Source: Octopus sinensis (Eukaryota). Taken from it: a DNA stretch of 30,464 nucleotides. A program made the translations under genes and the position numbers. The DNA lies in NCBI RefSeq assembly GCF_006345805.1, contig NW_021832523.1, positions 1 through 30,464 of the forward strand, read 5' to 3'. Positions within the stretch are counted from its first letter, which is position 1, and the number at the start of each line of letters is the position of its first letter. The notes under the pieces are model-generated. The model did not search any database. It had not been told where the DNA came from and saw only the letters and a program-made list of their open reading frames with translations. Of the stretch, positions 1 to 10,635 are shown in pieces.

Positions 1-70
1 TCATATCATCATCATCATTATCATCATCATCATCATCATCATCACCATCATCACCACCATTATCATCATT

Positions 71-110
<40 letters not shown>

Positions 111-169
111 CCACCATTATCATCATCATTATCATCATCATCAACATCATCATCATCATCATCATCATC
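1..169. repeat. (ATC)n microsatellite, imperfect
   Basis: Direct CAT/ATC/ACC triplet array; explains the poly-M/I ORF 1..282. Confidence 0.97.
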
Positions 170-796
170 TCAGCGTATGGAAGTCTACAGTCTTGTATCA
201 AAAGAAATGCCAAAATAAAAACAAAGAAGAAAAGTAAGACAAAAGAAAAAAAAACAAAAAACAAACTCCCTCCCTGGCCCACAACGCCGCTCAGATTAAT
301 TTCTTTCTGACTTCCTTTTCAGGATGACAACTCATGTGTCTTTTTTTTTTTTTTATGGTGTGACTGGGAAGAAAAAAACAAAATGTTTGGTTATGAAATA
401 AATGCAATGGAGATGTGTGAATGGTCGCCAGTAAATGTAACGATGAAAAGAAAGACGTGTGTGTGACGATGGGGTCGAGAGTAGACTTAGAATTAAATAC
501 TAGCTAGTTCTTATTATTTCAAATTAACATATTTGACTGTTGTGTCTTGACGGTCAGGAAGAAAAGCGTTAGAATCAGCAGTTGTTAAATTCTGCGTAGT
601 TGCGTGAAATATGACCATGAGAATGATATTTTTCTTTTCTCCTTTTTTCTCCTTGTTTCTCTCCTTGTTTTTTTCTGTGTCCCTTTCTGTAGAAGAGCGT
701 AGGCTCGAAACATAAAAGACTTTGAGCGTTATACTAATACATCTGTTTGTTTTGTACACCACCTGTCTTCGTCTTTTTTTTTCGTAAACTCTTCCT

Positions 797-808
797 ATAT
801 ATATATAT

Positions 809-876
<68 letters not shown>

Positions 877-890
877 GCACACACACACAC
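797..890. repeat. (TA)n(CA)n compound microsatellite
   Basis: Direct dinucleotide runs. Confidence 0.97.
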
Positions 891-952
891 GTATATAAAT
901 ATATTACGTTATTTACATTTGGCGGATATTTGTCCTCATCTTGTTTGCTGCT

Positions 953-998
953 AACAAAACGTTTCGGCTGATATACCCTCCAGCCTTCATCAGGTGTC
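953..998 (-). ncRNA. Minimal (Penelope-type) hammerhead ribozyme motif, degenerate stem I
   Basis: Minus strand reads GACAC-CUGAUGA-a-GGCUG(gaggguauau)CAGCC-GAA-ACGU-U-UUGUU. The core and 5-bp stem II are perfect, stem III is the palindrome ACGU, and stem I has a mismatch at its first pair. Confidence 0.65.
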
Positions 999-1049
999 TT
1001 GGGGAAATTTCGAACCTGTGTTCTCATTCGTAAGGCATGTTTCAACGTT

Positions 1050-1076
1050 GTTGTTATTATTATATTATTATTATTA

Positions 1077-1112
<36 letters not shown>
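1050..1112. repeat. (TTA)n microsatellite
   Basis: Direct triplet run; forms the 3' flank or tail of the mini-SINE at 1113-1174. Confidence 0.97.
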
Positions 1113-1117
<5 letters not shown>

Positions 1118-1174
1118 TCACTGCCTGAAATGGAACTCGGAAATTTTTAGGTTAACCACTATGCCATATGCCCG
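1113..1174 (-). mobile_element. Very short tRNA-derived SINE relic ending in (AAT)n
   Basis: Minus strand reads CGGGCATATGGCATAGTGGTT (A-box-like)...GAGTTCCATTTC (degenerate B box)AGGCAGTGACCTG|AATAAT. It is too short and lacks the arms to be a tRNA gene. Confidence 0.6.
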
Positions 1175-1278
1175 TAAATAATATAAATAATGTACATAAT
1201 TACTCATCTCTTAATTATAGAACTATATTAAATATATTACCTCTGCTGTTTCTTTTGGCGTTTATGCGTGTGAGGTGG

Positions 1279-1395
1279 GAGAGAGAGAGAGAGACAGAGA
1301 CAGAGAGAGAGACAGAGAGAGAGACGAATACGAAGACAGACACACAGACAGAGACAGAAGGAGAGAGGTGAGAATGAGAAAGTATGAGAGAGAGC
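1279..1395. repeat. (GA)/(GACA)-type purine-rich simple repeat
   Basis: Direct repeat run. Confidence 0.9.
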
Positions 1396-1399
1396 AAGG

Positions 1400-1500
1400 T
1401 CACGGAAGCTATAGTAGAAGGCGCTGGCCCAGGGTACGGCACAGCAGGCCTGAAGCCAATGTGATGCTATCGCTAAACGAGCTTTCTTTAACCGCACAAT
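1400..1500 (-). mobile_element. Highly decayed SINE family B fragment
   Basis: GCTATAGTAGAAGGCGCTGGCCCAGGGTAC...CTGAAGCCAATGTG aligns by eye to the family B copies at 2855-2920 and 18205-18270. Confidence 0.5.
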
Positions 1501-1689
1501 GATGATATGCCTACGGATGTCTAATTTGCGAGTTCAGTCCTGGGTTGTTATCAATAAACCCTCTCCATTTTTCAAGGCAAGTCATATAGAAAATCAGGAA
1601 ATATATCTAAATTTAGTAATCTTGGAATAAATGGATGGGTAAAAGTTATGATAGAATGTCTAAGTATAGTTATTGATTTTAAACTGAAT

Positions 1690-1900
1690 ACAATGCCCTT
1701 GTTCAGAGGCGATATTATCGATTGACTTATTCATATTATATACTTGGTATTTATCATATCGATCCCAAAGGGATGAATGGAAAAGACAAAGAGGAGTTTA
1801 ATGGAATTGGAATTCAGCACCGTGAGGGATGGAACCACGAATCGCAATGAAAGTGCAGCATTTCACGGCCTCGGCACCTGGAAATGATGCGTTTCCCCAA
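1690..1900 (-). mobile_element. Decayed SINE family A copy
   Basis: ATCGATCCCAAAGGGATGAATGGAAAAG...GGAATTGGAATTCAG resembles the family A core TCGACCCCGAAAGGATGAAAGGCAAAG...GGAATTTGAACTC. Confidence 0.55.
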
Positions 1901-1957
1901 AGCGCAGGATAATTTTGTAAAGTGGCTTGCTTATAAACAATTGTATCAACACTAGGA

Positions 1958-2475
1958 TATACATACAAACAAACATACAAACAAACATACATACATACAT
2001 ACATACATAAAGACATACACACATACATGCATACATACATACATATATACACACATACATACAAACAAACATACATACATACACACATACATACATACAT
2101 ACATGCATACATACATACATACAAACATACATACATACATACATACACACATACATACATACATACATAAATACACACAAACATACATACATACATACAT
2201 ACATACATACATACATACAAACAAACATACATACATACATACATACATACATACAAAATAATACATACATAACATACATACATACATACATACATACATA
2301 CATACATACATACATACATTGGTACTACATACAAACATAACATACATACATACATACACATACATACACACACACATACATACATACATACATACATACA
2401 AAAACATACATACATACATACATATATACATACATACATACATACATACATACATACATACATACATACATACAT
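1958..2475. repeat. ~520-bp imperfect (CATA)n tetranucleotide array
   Basis: Direct repeat; source of the MYVC/HTYI pseudo-ORFs. Confidence 0.97.
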
Positions 2476-2544
2476 GTTGGTTGTCTACTCTTCTGCACGC
2501 ATACTCCCACACACACAACACACACACAGATTACATACAACATA

Positions 2545-2945
2545 CACGTATATCGTTTATCTTTTACTCGCTTCAGTCATTAAACTGCAGCCATTCTGGA
2601 GCACGACCTTGAAGAATTTCGGTTGACGGAATCGATCCTAGTGCTTAATTTTTATAGTCTGGTAGTTATTCTATCGGTCTCTTTTGCCGAATCGCTAGAT
2701 TATGCGAACATAAACAAGCCAGCACCGGTTGTGAACCGGTGGGGAGTGACAAAGACAGACAGACACACACACATATACATGCATATATACCTATACACGA
2801 CGAGCTTCTTTCAGTTTCCATCTATCAAATTCACTCACAAGGCTTCGGTTAGCCGAAGGCTATAGTTGAAGACATTTTCCCAAGGTGCTACGCAGTGGGA
2901 CTGAACCTGGAAACATATCGTTGGGAAGTAAGCTCCTTAACTCCC
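2545..2945 (-). mobile_element. tRNA-derived SINE family B (~400 bp, internal CA/TA microsatellite)
   Basis: Reverse-complement match to the full-length copy at 22953-23366 across head, body and tail. Confidence 0.88.
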
Positions 2946-2989
2946 AAGTAAGTATTCTTTCCACCGAAATTAATGAAGTGGTACTCAAT

Positions 2990-3905
2990 GAAATATTAAC
3001 TCTGACTGTTGAGAAGCCAGTTGAAGAGTGTATCGCTAAATCTGTGAACTGGTGCCATTAGAAGTTAGAATGTAGACAGCTAAAGTTAATAATGTAAGTC
3101 GTTTCCTGTAAAGAGATTCTGTTTCTGCCAAGTCAGTCACGTGACTGATCTCTTATAATATTTCATGAAAGCCAATCAAGAAAAATAATGCAACTACATA
3201 TGGAAATAGTTATTTACCTGCCCTACACCAACTACATACATCATTATAAAATCCGGCTGGTTTCTTTGAATGCTTCCTAAACCAGACTGAGTGTTGGCTT
3301 CATCGCCTGGAGCCAGAGACAAAAACGCAATCCGTGCAGTGGAAAGATCAATCCTCAACTTCTCCAAAGAAGGCCAAATCTGTTTCACCTGCAGGGAAAG
3401 TGATAACTTAAGGATTTTGGTATGCAAAAGGTATTATGCTTATTGATTATCTTCGAAAAGGCCAAACCATGAATGGAAATTGCTATGCCAACTTGCCGAC
3501 GTAGTTACGAAAGTATATCAAGACCAAACGAATGCCCAGAAAGACCGATGAAAGCGGTTTTCTTTCAATCAGAACAATGCTCCGATTCCGTGCATGTCTG
3601 TGACTTTGAGCTGGTTGATGACCCTCCTTATTTCTCCGATTTGCCCCCATCTTAAAGTTATCTTTTCCGCAACATCAAAAAAAAAAAAAAAAGCAATTAA
3701 CTGGAAACCGTTAATTTAGTGATGACGACGTAATATCTGCTTTTGATAACATTTTTGAACATCGAAGGTGAAAGCCTTCTCATCAATGAAATCCAACACC
3801 GATAGAAGTGTATGGATTATAAGAAGAACTGTGTTGAAAAATAAATGGTCTGATCCTATGAGATTATCTTGTTCAACGTATGAACCTTTGAAGCCGGTCG
3901 TCATA
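2990..3905 (+). mobile_element. Decayed mariner DNA transposon (irritans/Hsmar2-like) with transposase pseudogene at ~3277-3843
   Basis: Translated pieces: ECWLHRLEPETKTQSVQWK..SPKKAKSVSPAGKV, FWYAKGIMLIDYLRKGQTMNGNCYANL, ELVDDPPYFSDLPPS (the HPPYSPDLAPS motif). Stops and frameshifts are present. A degenerate 3' TIR lies at ~3871-3905. Confidence 0.9.
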
Positions 3906-3935
3906 TCTATCTATCTATCTATCTATCTCTATCTG

Positions 3936-3984
<49 letters not shown>

Positions 3985-4012
3985 TTATCTATCTTCGCAT
4001 TTCATATCTCTT

Positions 4013-4055
<43 letters not shown>
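3903..4055. repeat. (TATC)n plus (TA)n microsatellites
   Basis: Direct repeats. Confidence 0.96.
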
Positions 4056-4058
<3 letters not shown>

Positions 4059-4077
4059 AAACAGGTGAAACAGATTT

Positions 4078-4310
4078 AAGGCGTCGAGCTGGCAGAAACG
4101 TTAGCGCGCCGGGCGAAATGCTTAGCAGTATTTCGTCTGTCGTTACGTTATGAGTTCGAATTCCGCCGAGGTTGACTTTGTCCGTCATCCTTTCGGGGTC
4201 GATAAATAAAGTACCAGTTTCGCACTGGGGTCGATGTAATCGACATAATCCCTTTGTCTGTCCTTGTTTGTCCCCTCTATGCTTAACCCCTTGTGGGTAG
4301 TAAAGAAATA
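4078..4310 (+). mobile_element. tRNA-derived SINE family A, full length (~230 bp)
   Basis: AAGGCGTCGAGCTGGCAGAAACGTTAG head, GAGTTCGAATTCC B box, CATCCTTTCGGGGTCGATAAA core and CCCCTTGTGGGTAGTAAAGAAATA tail; many further copies in the window. Confidence 0.93.
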
Positions 4311-4398
4311 TATATATTATATTATCTATATATATATAAATGTACATATATATATACAACACATATACATATATGAAATAAGAATAAATAAATAAATA

Positions 4399-4437
<39 letters not shown>

Positions 4438-4584
4438 GTGCACTGGCTCATGTCAAACAACTAACTCTGCTATTTCTGCTAAATATTAATAGAAATATGC
4501 ATATACTCATATTTTTAGTTCTATTATCCCTGTTTCCAGTGTTTCCATCTGCATAGCTATATATATACATACTATATATATATG

Positions 4585-4623
<39 letters not shown>

Positions 4624-4664
4624 GCATATATATATGCATATCTCTCTCTCTCTATATATATATG

Positions 4665-4699
<35 letters not shown>

Positions 4700-4740
4700 G
4701 TATGTATTTATGTATACACACACAGATATGTATATATGAC
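4310..4740. repeat. (TA)n/(TATG)n low-complexity tracts
   Basis: Direct repeats. Confidence 0.85.
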
Positions 4741-5982
4741 AGATTTTGTTTAGTCTAGCGAAGACGTGGAAACATTTTAGGTTTTTATCGTCTTATCACT
4801 TGTTTCTTTTAAGACTAACAGAATGGGCTAAAGAAAGTATAACACACACACAAACACACACACACACACACACACACAGATACATGTACACACACTCATG
4901 TTCATGTGGTTATGTGTTTATAAATGTGTCTGGATGCGGGATGAGTCATGCAATAACTTCCAACATATGGCGGATTGTCTTATCCGTGTGACAATCAATA
5001 TCTCTTAAATATTTATTTGCATTTTCTCTCATCAGATTTTGTTTTTGCATAACACATAACACAGTCGCAGTTTTTTGTTTTTTCGAGATACACGTGAATA
5101 GGATTGTGGTGGATGCAATGCAAGTGGGGAGAGCCAGCTCTCGATCGGCAGCTTTATTCCTTTCTCTCTCCTTAAGCTCGATGTTTAACATGAACATGGC
5201 TGTTGCCAAGGGAGAGATTAGAAATAAAACTGACATTTGTATAATGATGAGACTTCCAAATGCTTAAAAAGAATTATTTTTAGTTAGAATTAATAATGTA
5301 TTACTGTGACAATTTAGACAGGTAACACACAACGTGGGAGAACACCGATCTAAAACTGATGTACCCTTAAGACATATGATATTGATTTCGGTGTAAGCAG
5401 TAGGCGAACAATGAGATGTGCATAAAACAGGTTGTCAGGTTGGACTACAAGTAGCTGATTATGATGCGTTTCAGGTTTGCAGGCGAATAATTTCCTTTTT
5501 CTTTTGAGTTCGGGGTTACTTGTTGCTATAAAGATAACACTCTTATTCATCACCATACTAAATTGACAATTAAATAAATTAGACATAATCTGTAATCGTT
5601 AAATATATTTGGGAAATAGACATCTGTGTATAATACTTAACGTATATACACCACTGGAATGTATGAAGTTGTACATATACTACATAACAATATACTACTT
5701 TACATTAATAATTGCATTTTCACCAGAAATAGGGCAGTGGTGTTGTCAAAATGTGATTGCCTATGGAGTTGGCATGACGAATTTCCTAAAAAGAAGTTGA
5801 AAACTAGACAAAGAAGAGAAAATTAAATATCATTAAACTTATATAGCTATCTGTTTACCATTCATGACTTACATACATTTTCGAAAGGCAAGATGCTGTG
5901 GTTTTTGTCTGAGAGAAAATCTTGAACCTTGTTGATGACGTCCATCAATAACTATCTTAAGTTAACGCTGTTGAAATATCAA

Positions 5983-6028
5983 CAACAGCAACAACAACAA
6001 CAATAATAATACTAATAATAATAATATT

Positions 6029-6076
<48 letters not shown>

Positions 6077-6089
6077 GTTATCATTATCC

Positions 6090-6137
<48 letters not shown>

Positions 6138-6160
6138 TATTATATTATTAATATATAACT
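5983..6160. repeat. (CAA)n-(TAA)n-(TTA)n compound microsatellite
   Basis: Direct triplet runs with a strand switch at ~6028. Confidence 0.95.
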
Positions 6161-6271
6161 AATACAGTATAAATGAAAGATTAACGTAGTCGCTCTTTTT
6201 TCGTTACTTATTACGCCACCAGGTTTGTTTACAAATATTATATGTATATTATATATATATATATAATATAT

Positions 6272-6520
6272 ATCAATAATACATTTCTAAATCGCTCAGA
6301 GAAATTTATACAGTAGTAGCACGATAAAGTAATGGTATGTTATCAACTTAATGTGACAGTTCCATGAAAAGGAAGAATGCTACGGCTATTTAGCCCTAGG
6401 AAACACCAATTCCTGTTGGCCTGGACACATTTCCTGTGTCCTCATATTTTCAAAGGGAAGATAAGCACCTCCATCCAGCAAAGCCAGCACCCAGACTGGT
6501 TTCAGAGTCATTGCTCATCA
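6272..6520 (-). mobile_element. (TA)n-flanked cassette starting inside a truncated hammerhead-like motif (Penelope-type relic)
   Basis: Minus strand reads (TA)n|UGAUGA-GCAAUGACUCU-GAAA-CCAGUC-UGGGUG..., then a ~215-nt tail to (TA)n at 6245-6272. GAAACCAGUC could be GAAACCGGUC after CpG decay. Confidence 0.4.
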
Positions 6521-6548
6521 TATATATATATATATAATATATAATATA

Positions 6549-6878
6549 GGATCAAATTTTTCGGAAAAAATTTTATCAATGTCCAGCATATTAAAAAATA
6601 CCTTTAAAGGTTGAATTTCTAAACAACTTATAAACAAGGACAAAAGAAAAAAGATCTAATGTCAAATATGCCGAAACCAGACACATCGTCCATAAGCATA
6701 TAATTCATCACTACAAGCTCGCGTTTCGAAGAAAGCCGACAGAAATTTCTAAAAAAAATTCCGTTATTATCATATCAGACCCGATTTCAGAGTTAATTCA
6801 TAAGAACCTTCTCTTCGTCAGTGATAAATGCGGCAAAGAAATAAATGAAATACTTACTTATACCCATAGAAGTTGCAT
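6549..6878 (-). mobile_element. ~330-bp (TA)n-flanked hammerhead-bearing cassette (Penelope-like pLTR or non-autonomous retroelement)
   Basis: (TA)n at 6521-6548 and 6879-6902; contains the hammerhead at 6773-6826. Confidence 0.55.
6773..6826 (-). ncRNA. Type I minimal hammerhead ribozyme, apparently intact
   Basis: Minus strand reads UAUCA-CUGACGA-AGAG(18 nt)CUCU-GAA-AUCGGGU-C-UGAUA. Stem I is 5 bp, stem II is 4 bp, all core nucleotides are present, and the GUC triplet places predicted cleavage between 6778 and 6777. Confidence 0.75.
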
Positions 6879-7172
6879 TATATATATATATATATATATA
6901 TATGCAATTAATTCTGTTTTTTATATAAATTTTCATCTGTCCTGCCCGCCAAATTTGGTTCTGGGTTCTCTGAATTTTTCCTCTAGAGAACTTTCTTTGT
7001 AGTATGATCGTTGATGATCTATTTCTAGCAACGGCCGACTACCTAGCAGTCTTGCCCTGCCAATATACACATATATTAGAATTTTCTCTGACTTCTCAGA
7101 TTTTTTGTATGCTAGACTACGGTTTTAAATTGATATTGAAATTAATATTAATTTATCTCCCTCATTATTTAA

Positions 7173-7219
<47 letters not shown>

Positions 7220-7560
7220 ATACATAGTTACATACACCACGGACCACTATGCGTAATTTATCTTGGACCATTTTTGTGTAATTTCTGCAGCATTCAGTAT
7301 GAGCTGTCACTATACACATAAAATCTCTGTTATGCATAGTATACAGACAGACATTTCAAGAAATCTCTAAAACGATGTACAAGAACAAATGCAAGAGAGA
7401 GTTGGCAAGTTGTTTGCCAGATTGTTTTTTGACAGTCTAATTAGCTAAATTACCTCGCTGTATCAGTGTCAATCGCTTCCACTAAACATCATTAGTAACG
7501 TAATTAATGAAACAATAGTTTTAATCACAGTGTAGTGCAGTGTAATACAGTATCGAATTG

Positions 7561-8200
7561 ACAATGGTGGTATTGGTAGAAGTGGTGGTGATGGTGGTGA
7601 TCATAGTAATGGTGGTGGTGGTGGTGGTGGTGGTGGTGGTGGTGATGCTGGTGGTTTTGGTGGTGGTAGTGGTAGTGGTAGTGATAGTGGTTCTTGTGGT
7701 GGTGCTGTTGTTGTTGTTGTTGTTGTTGTTGTGTTGGTGGTGATGATGGTGGTGGCTGTAGCAGTGGTTGTGATGTTGGCGGTAGTGGTGGTGATGGTGG
7801 TGGAGGTGGGGTTGGTGGTGAGAGTGGTAATGGTGACAGTGATGTTGCTGGTGGCAGTGTTGGCGATAGCGATGGTGGTGGTGTCTATGGTGATGGTTAC
7901 TCCGGTAGTGGCAGTGGTGGTTGTGGTGATTATCCTGATGATTATGATGGTGATGATGATGATGATGATGAAAATTATGATGGTGATGATGATGATGATG
8001 ATTGATGATGATGATGATGATGATAGTGGTGGTGATGATAATAGTGACACTGCTATTGGGATGGTCGTGTTTGGGTTCGTGAAGTTGGCGGCTGTGGTTG
8101 TGGTTGTGGTGATGATGATGATGAGGATGATGATGATGATGATGATAGTTGTGGTTGTGGTGGTGGTGGTGGTGGTGTGGTGGTGCTGCTGCTGCTGCTG
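7561..8200. repeat. Compound (GGT)/(GAT)/(GTT)/(GCT) trinucleotide array
   Basis: Direct triplet runs; gives the poly-V/G/D/T pseudo-ORFs. Confidence 0.93.
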
Positions 8201-8407
8201 GTAGTTGAAGGAGTGATATTGGAAATGAAATTAGCAGTAAATTAAGGAGGAGGAGGAGAATAAGGATGTGGAAGGGGAAGAGGGGGGAAGAGTCAGTAGA
8301 GAATCATTGGTAGGAGGAGCACAATTATCATCAGCGAGCGATTTTTGGTTATCAAGTTACGGCATAATTTCTATGTCAACAACATTATGAACATCATTTA
8401 TCACTGA

Positions 8408-8430
8408 GCATCATCATCATCATCACCATC

Positions 8431-8461
<31 letters not shown>

Positions 8462-8469
8462 CCATCATT

Positions 8470-8519
<50 letters not shown>

Positions 8520-8561
8520 CATCACCATCATCATCATCACCATCATCATCATCATTATCAC

Positions 8562-8600
<39 letters not shown>

Positions 8601-8955
8601 GACAACCGTCATCGTCCTGTTTCTCTTCCACTCCTCCCCTTCCTCCCACCATACTCCTTCTCCACCTCACTTCCCTCTTCTTCCCCGTTGTCCTCCTTCA
8701 CTTCATCATCATCATCCTCCTCCTCCTCCTTATCGTCGTCAGCGTCATCCTCGTCATCATCCTCTGCTTTATTGTCATCACTTTCTGCTTCGTTGCCTTC
8801 GCAGCCGCTTCACTATCATCATCATCATCATAATCCTCATCGTCATCATCATGATCATCATCACCATCAGCACCATCATCATCATCATCATCATTATCCT
8901 TATTACCATAATCATCATCATCCTCATCATGATCATCATCACCATCATCATCATC
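8408..8955. repeat. Compound (CAT)n/(CCT)n array
   Basis: Direct triplet runs, complementary to the neighbouring (GAT)n arrays. Confidence 0.93.
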
Positions 8956-9244
8956 GCTAGCATCTCCTTCACCATCATCACTTCCGTCATTCTAAATAAC
9001 TCTCCTGTCATTTTTAATTGAACTACCGACTCCACTATCAGAATGGTTGTCAGTTCACACCTTATCAACGGCTCGACACCGTTCACCGTGGAGTACAGGG
9101 ACATTCGTTTCTCAACGATCTTAATTAAAAAAAGAAAAGAAAATTAAAAAAACCTCTGAAAACTGTTTCGAGCTTTTGAAACAGTTCGGGAAAGAAAAAA
9201 GAAGTGTGGAGGGGACAAACAACGGGGCCCTGCTCTCTGAGAGA

Positions 9245-9830
9245 ACTTTGCACTTCATCATTTCGGGGTCGATTAAATAAGTACCTATTTATTTATTACC
9301 CACAAGGGGCTAAACACAGATGGAACAAACAAGGACAGACATAGGTATTAAGTCGATTACATCGACCCCAGTTCGTAACTGGTACTTAATTTATCGACCC
9401 CGAAAGGATGAAAGGCAAAGTCGACCTCGGCGGAATTTGAACTCACAACGTACCGCAGACGAAATACCTATTTCTATTTCTTTATTACCCACAAGGGACT
9501 AAACACAGAGGGGACAAACAAGGACAGACATAGGTATTAAGTCGATTACATCGACCCCAGTTCGTAACTGGTACTTAATTTATCGACCCCGAAAGGATGA
9601 AAGGCAAAGTCGACCTCGGCGGAATTTGAACTCACAACGTAACGCAGACGAAATACCGCTAAGCATTTCTCCCGGCGTGCTAACGTTTCTGTCAGCTCGC
9701 TGCCAAATTAAATAAGTACCAGTTATGTACTGGTGTTGAGATAATCGACTTAATTCGTTTGTCTGTACTTGTTTGTCCTCTCTGTATTTAGCCCCTTTGT
9801 GCCCTTGTGGGCAGTGAAGAAATAAGAACA
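9245..9830 (+). mobile_element. Older SINE family A copy split into 9245-9285 and 9707-9830 by a younger insertion
   Basis: The left part ends ...GGGGTCGATTAAATAAGTACC and the right part resumes ATTAAATAAGTACCAGTTATGTACTGG..., collinear with the family A consensus. Confidence 0.8.
9286..9706 (-). mobile_element. SINE family A head-to-tail dimer with 14-bp TSD
   Basis: Units at 9469-9704 (full head) and 9286-9468 (headless). TSD ATTAAATAAGTACC at 9272-9285 and 9707-9720. Confidence 0.92.
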
Positions 9831-9944
9831 TACTAGCAACTATTCTAAGCACGCCTATATTATCTTCTTCAGTGTTTAAAATCATCGTGAAGTGGGGTTA
9901 GGGACATCGAAGGCGACGGAGCGTGGAGAGTGATGCGTTGGAGT

Positions 9945-10635
9945 GGTGGTGATGATAATGATGATAATTATGATGACGACGACTAACACGATGACGACAA
10001 ACAGGATGATGATGATGATGGTGATGATGATCCTGATGATGATAATGATGATGATGATGGTGGTGGTGGTGGTGGTGGTGGTGGTGATGGTGATGATGAT
10101 TATGATGATGATGGTAGTGGTGATGATGATGATGATGGTGGTGGTGGTGATGGTGATGATGATTATGATGACGACGACTAACACGATGACGACAAAGATG
10201 ATGATGATCATGATGATGATCATGATGATGATGGTGAGGATGATGATGGTGGTGGTGTTGGTGGTGGTGGTGGTGCTGGTGATGGGGATGATGATTATGA
10301 TGACGACGACCAACACGATGACGACGACTACGATAATGATGATAATGATGATGTTGACGACGACGAGAGGATGATGATGGTGATGATGATGATGATTATG
10401 ATGATTATGATGACAACGACCAACACGGAGACGATGATGATGATGACGACAACGATGATAATGATGATAATGATGATGACGACGACGACGATGACAACTG
10501 CCACCACGATGGCAACGACGACGACGATGATGATGATGACGATAATGATGGTGAAGATGATGATGACGATGATGATGATGATGACGATGATGATGGTGGT
10601 GATGATGATAAGGAGGAGGAGGAGGAGAAGGAGGA
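9945..10635. repeat. (GAT)/(GGT)/(GAC)/(GAG) array with a higher-order ~32-bp unit
   Basis: Unit ATTATGATGACGACGAC[T/C]AACACGATGACGAC starts at 9967, 10162, 10294 and 10404. Confidence 0.92.

Noticed and set aside
6716-6735. Second GAAACGCG motif downstream of the 6773 hammerhead, suggesting a tandem ribozyme
   Set aside because: No matching upstream core with proper spacing, and no UH triplet (reads GAAACGCGAG).
7249-7300. Possible minus-strand exon (NYTKMVQDKLRIVVRG) with a GTATGT donor
   Set aside because: Weak acceptor, no homology recognised, and too short to distinguish from chance.
9286-9706. Repeated ~190-230-bp units suggesting a CRISPR-like or satellite array
   Set aside because: These are SINE dimers with TSDs in eukaryotic DNA; there is no repeat-spacer structure and no cas gene.
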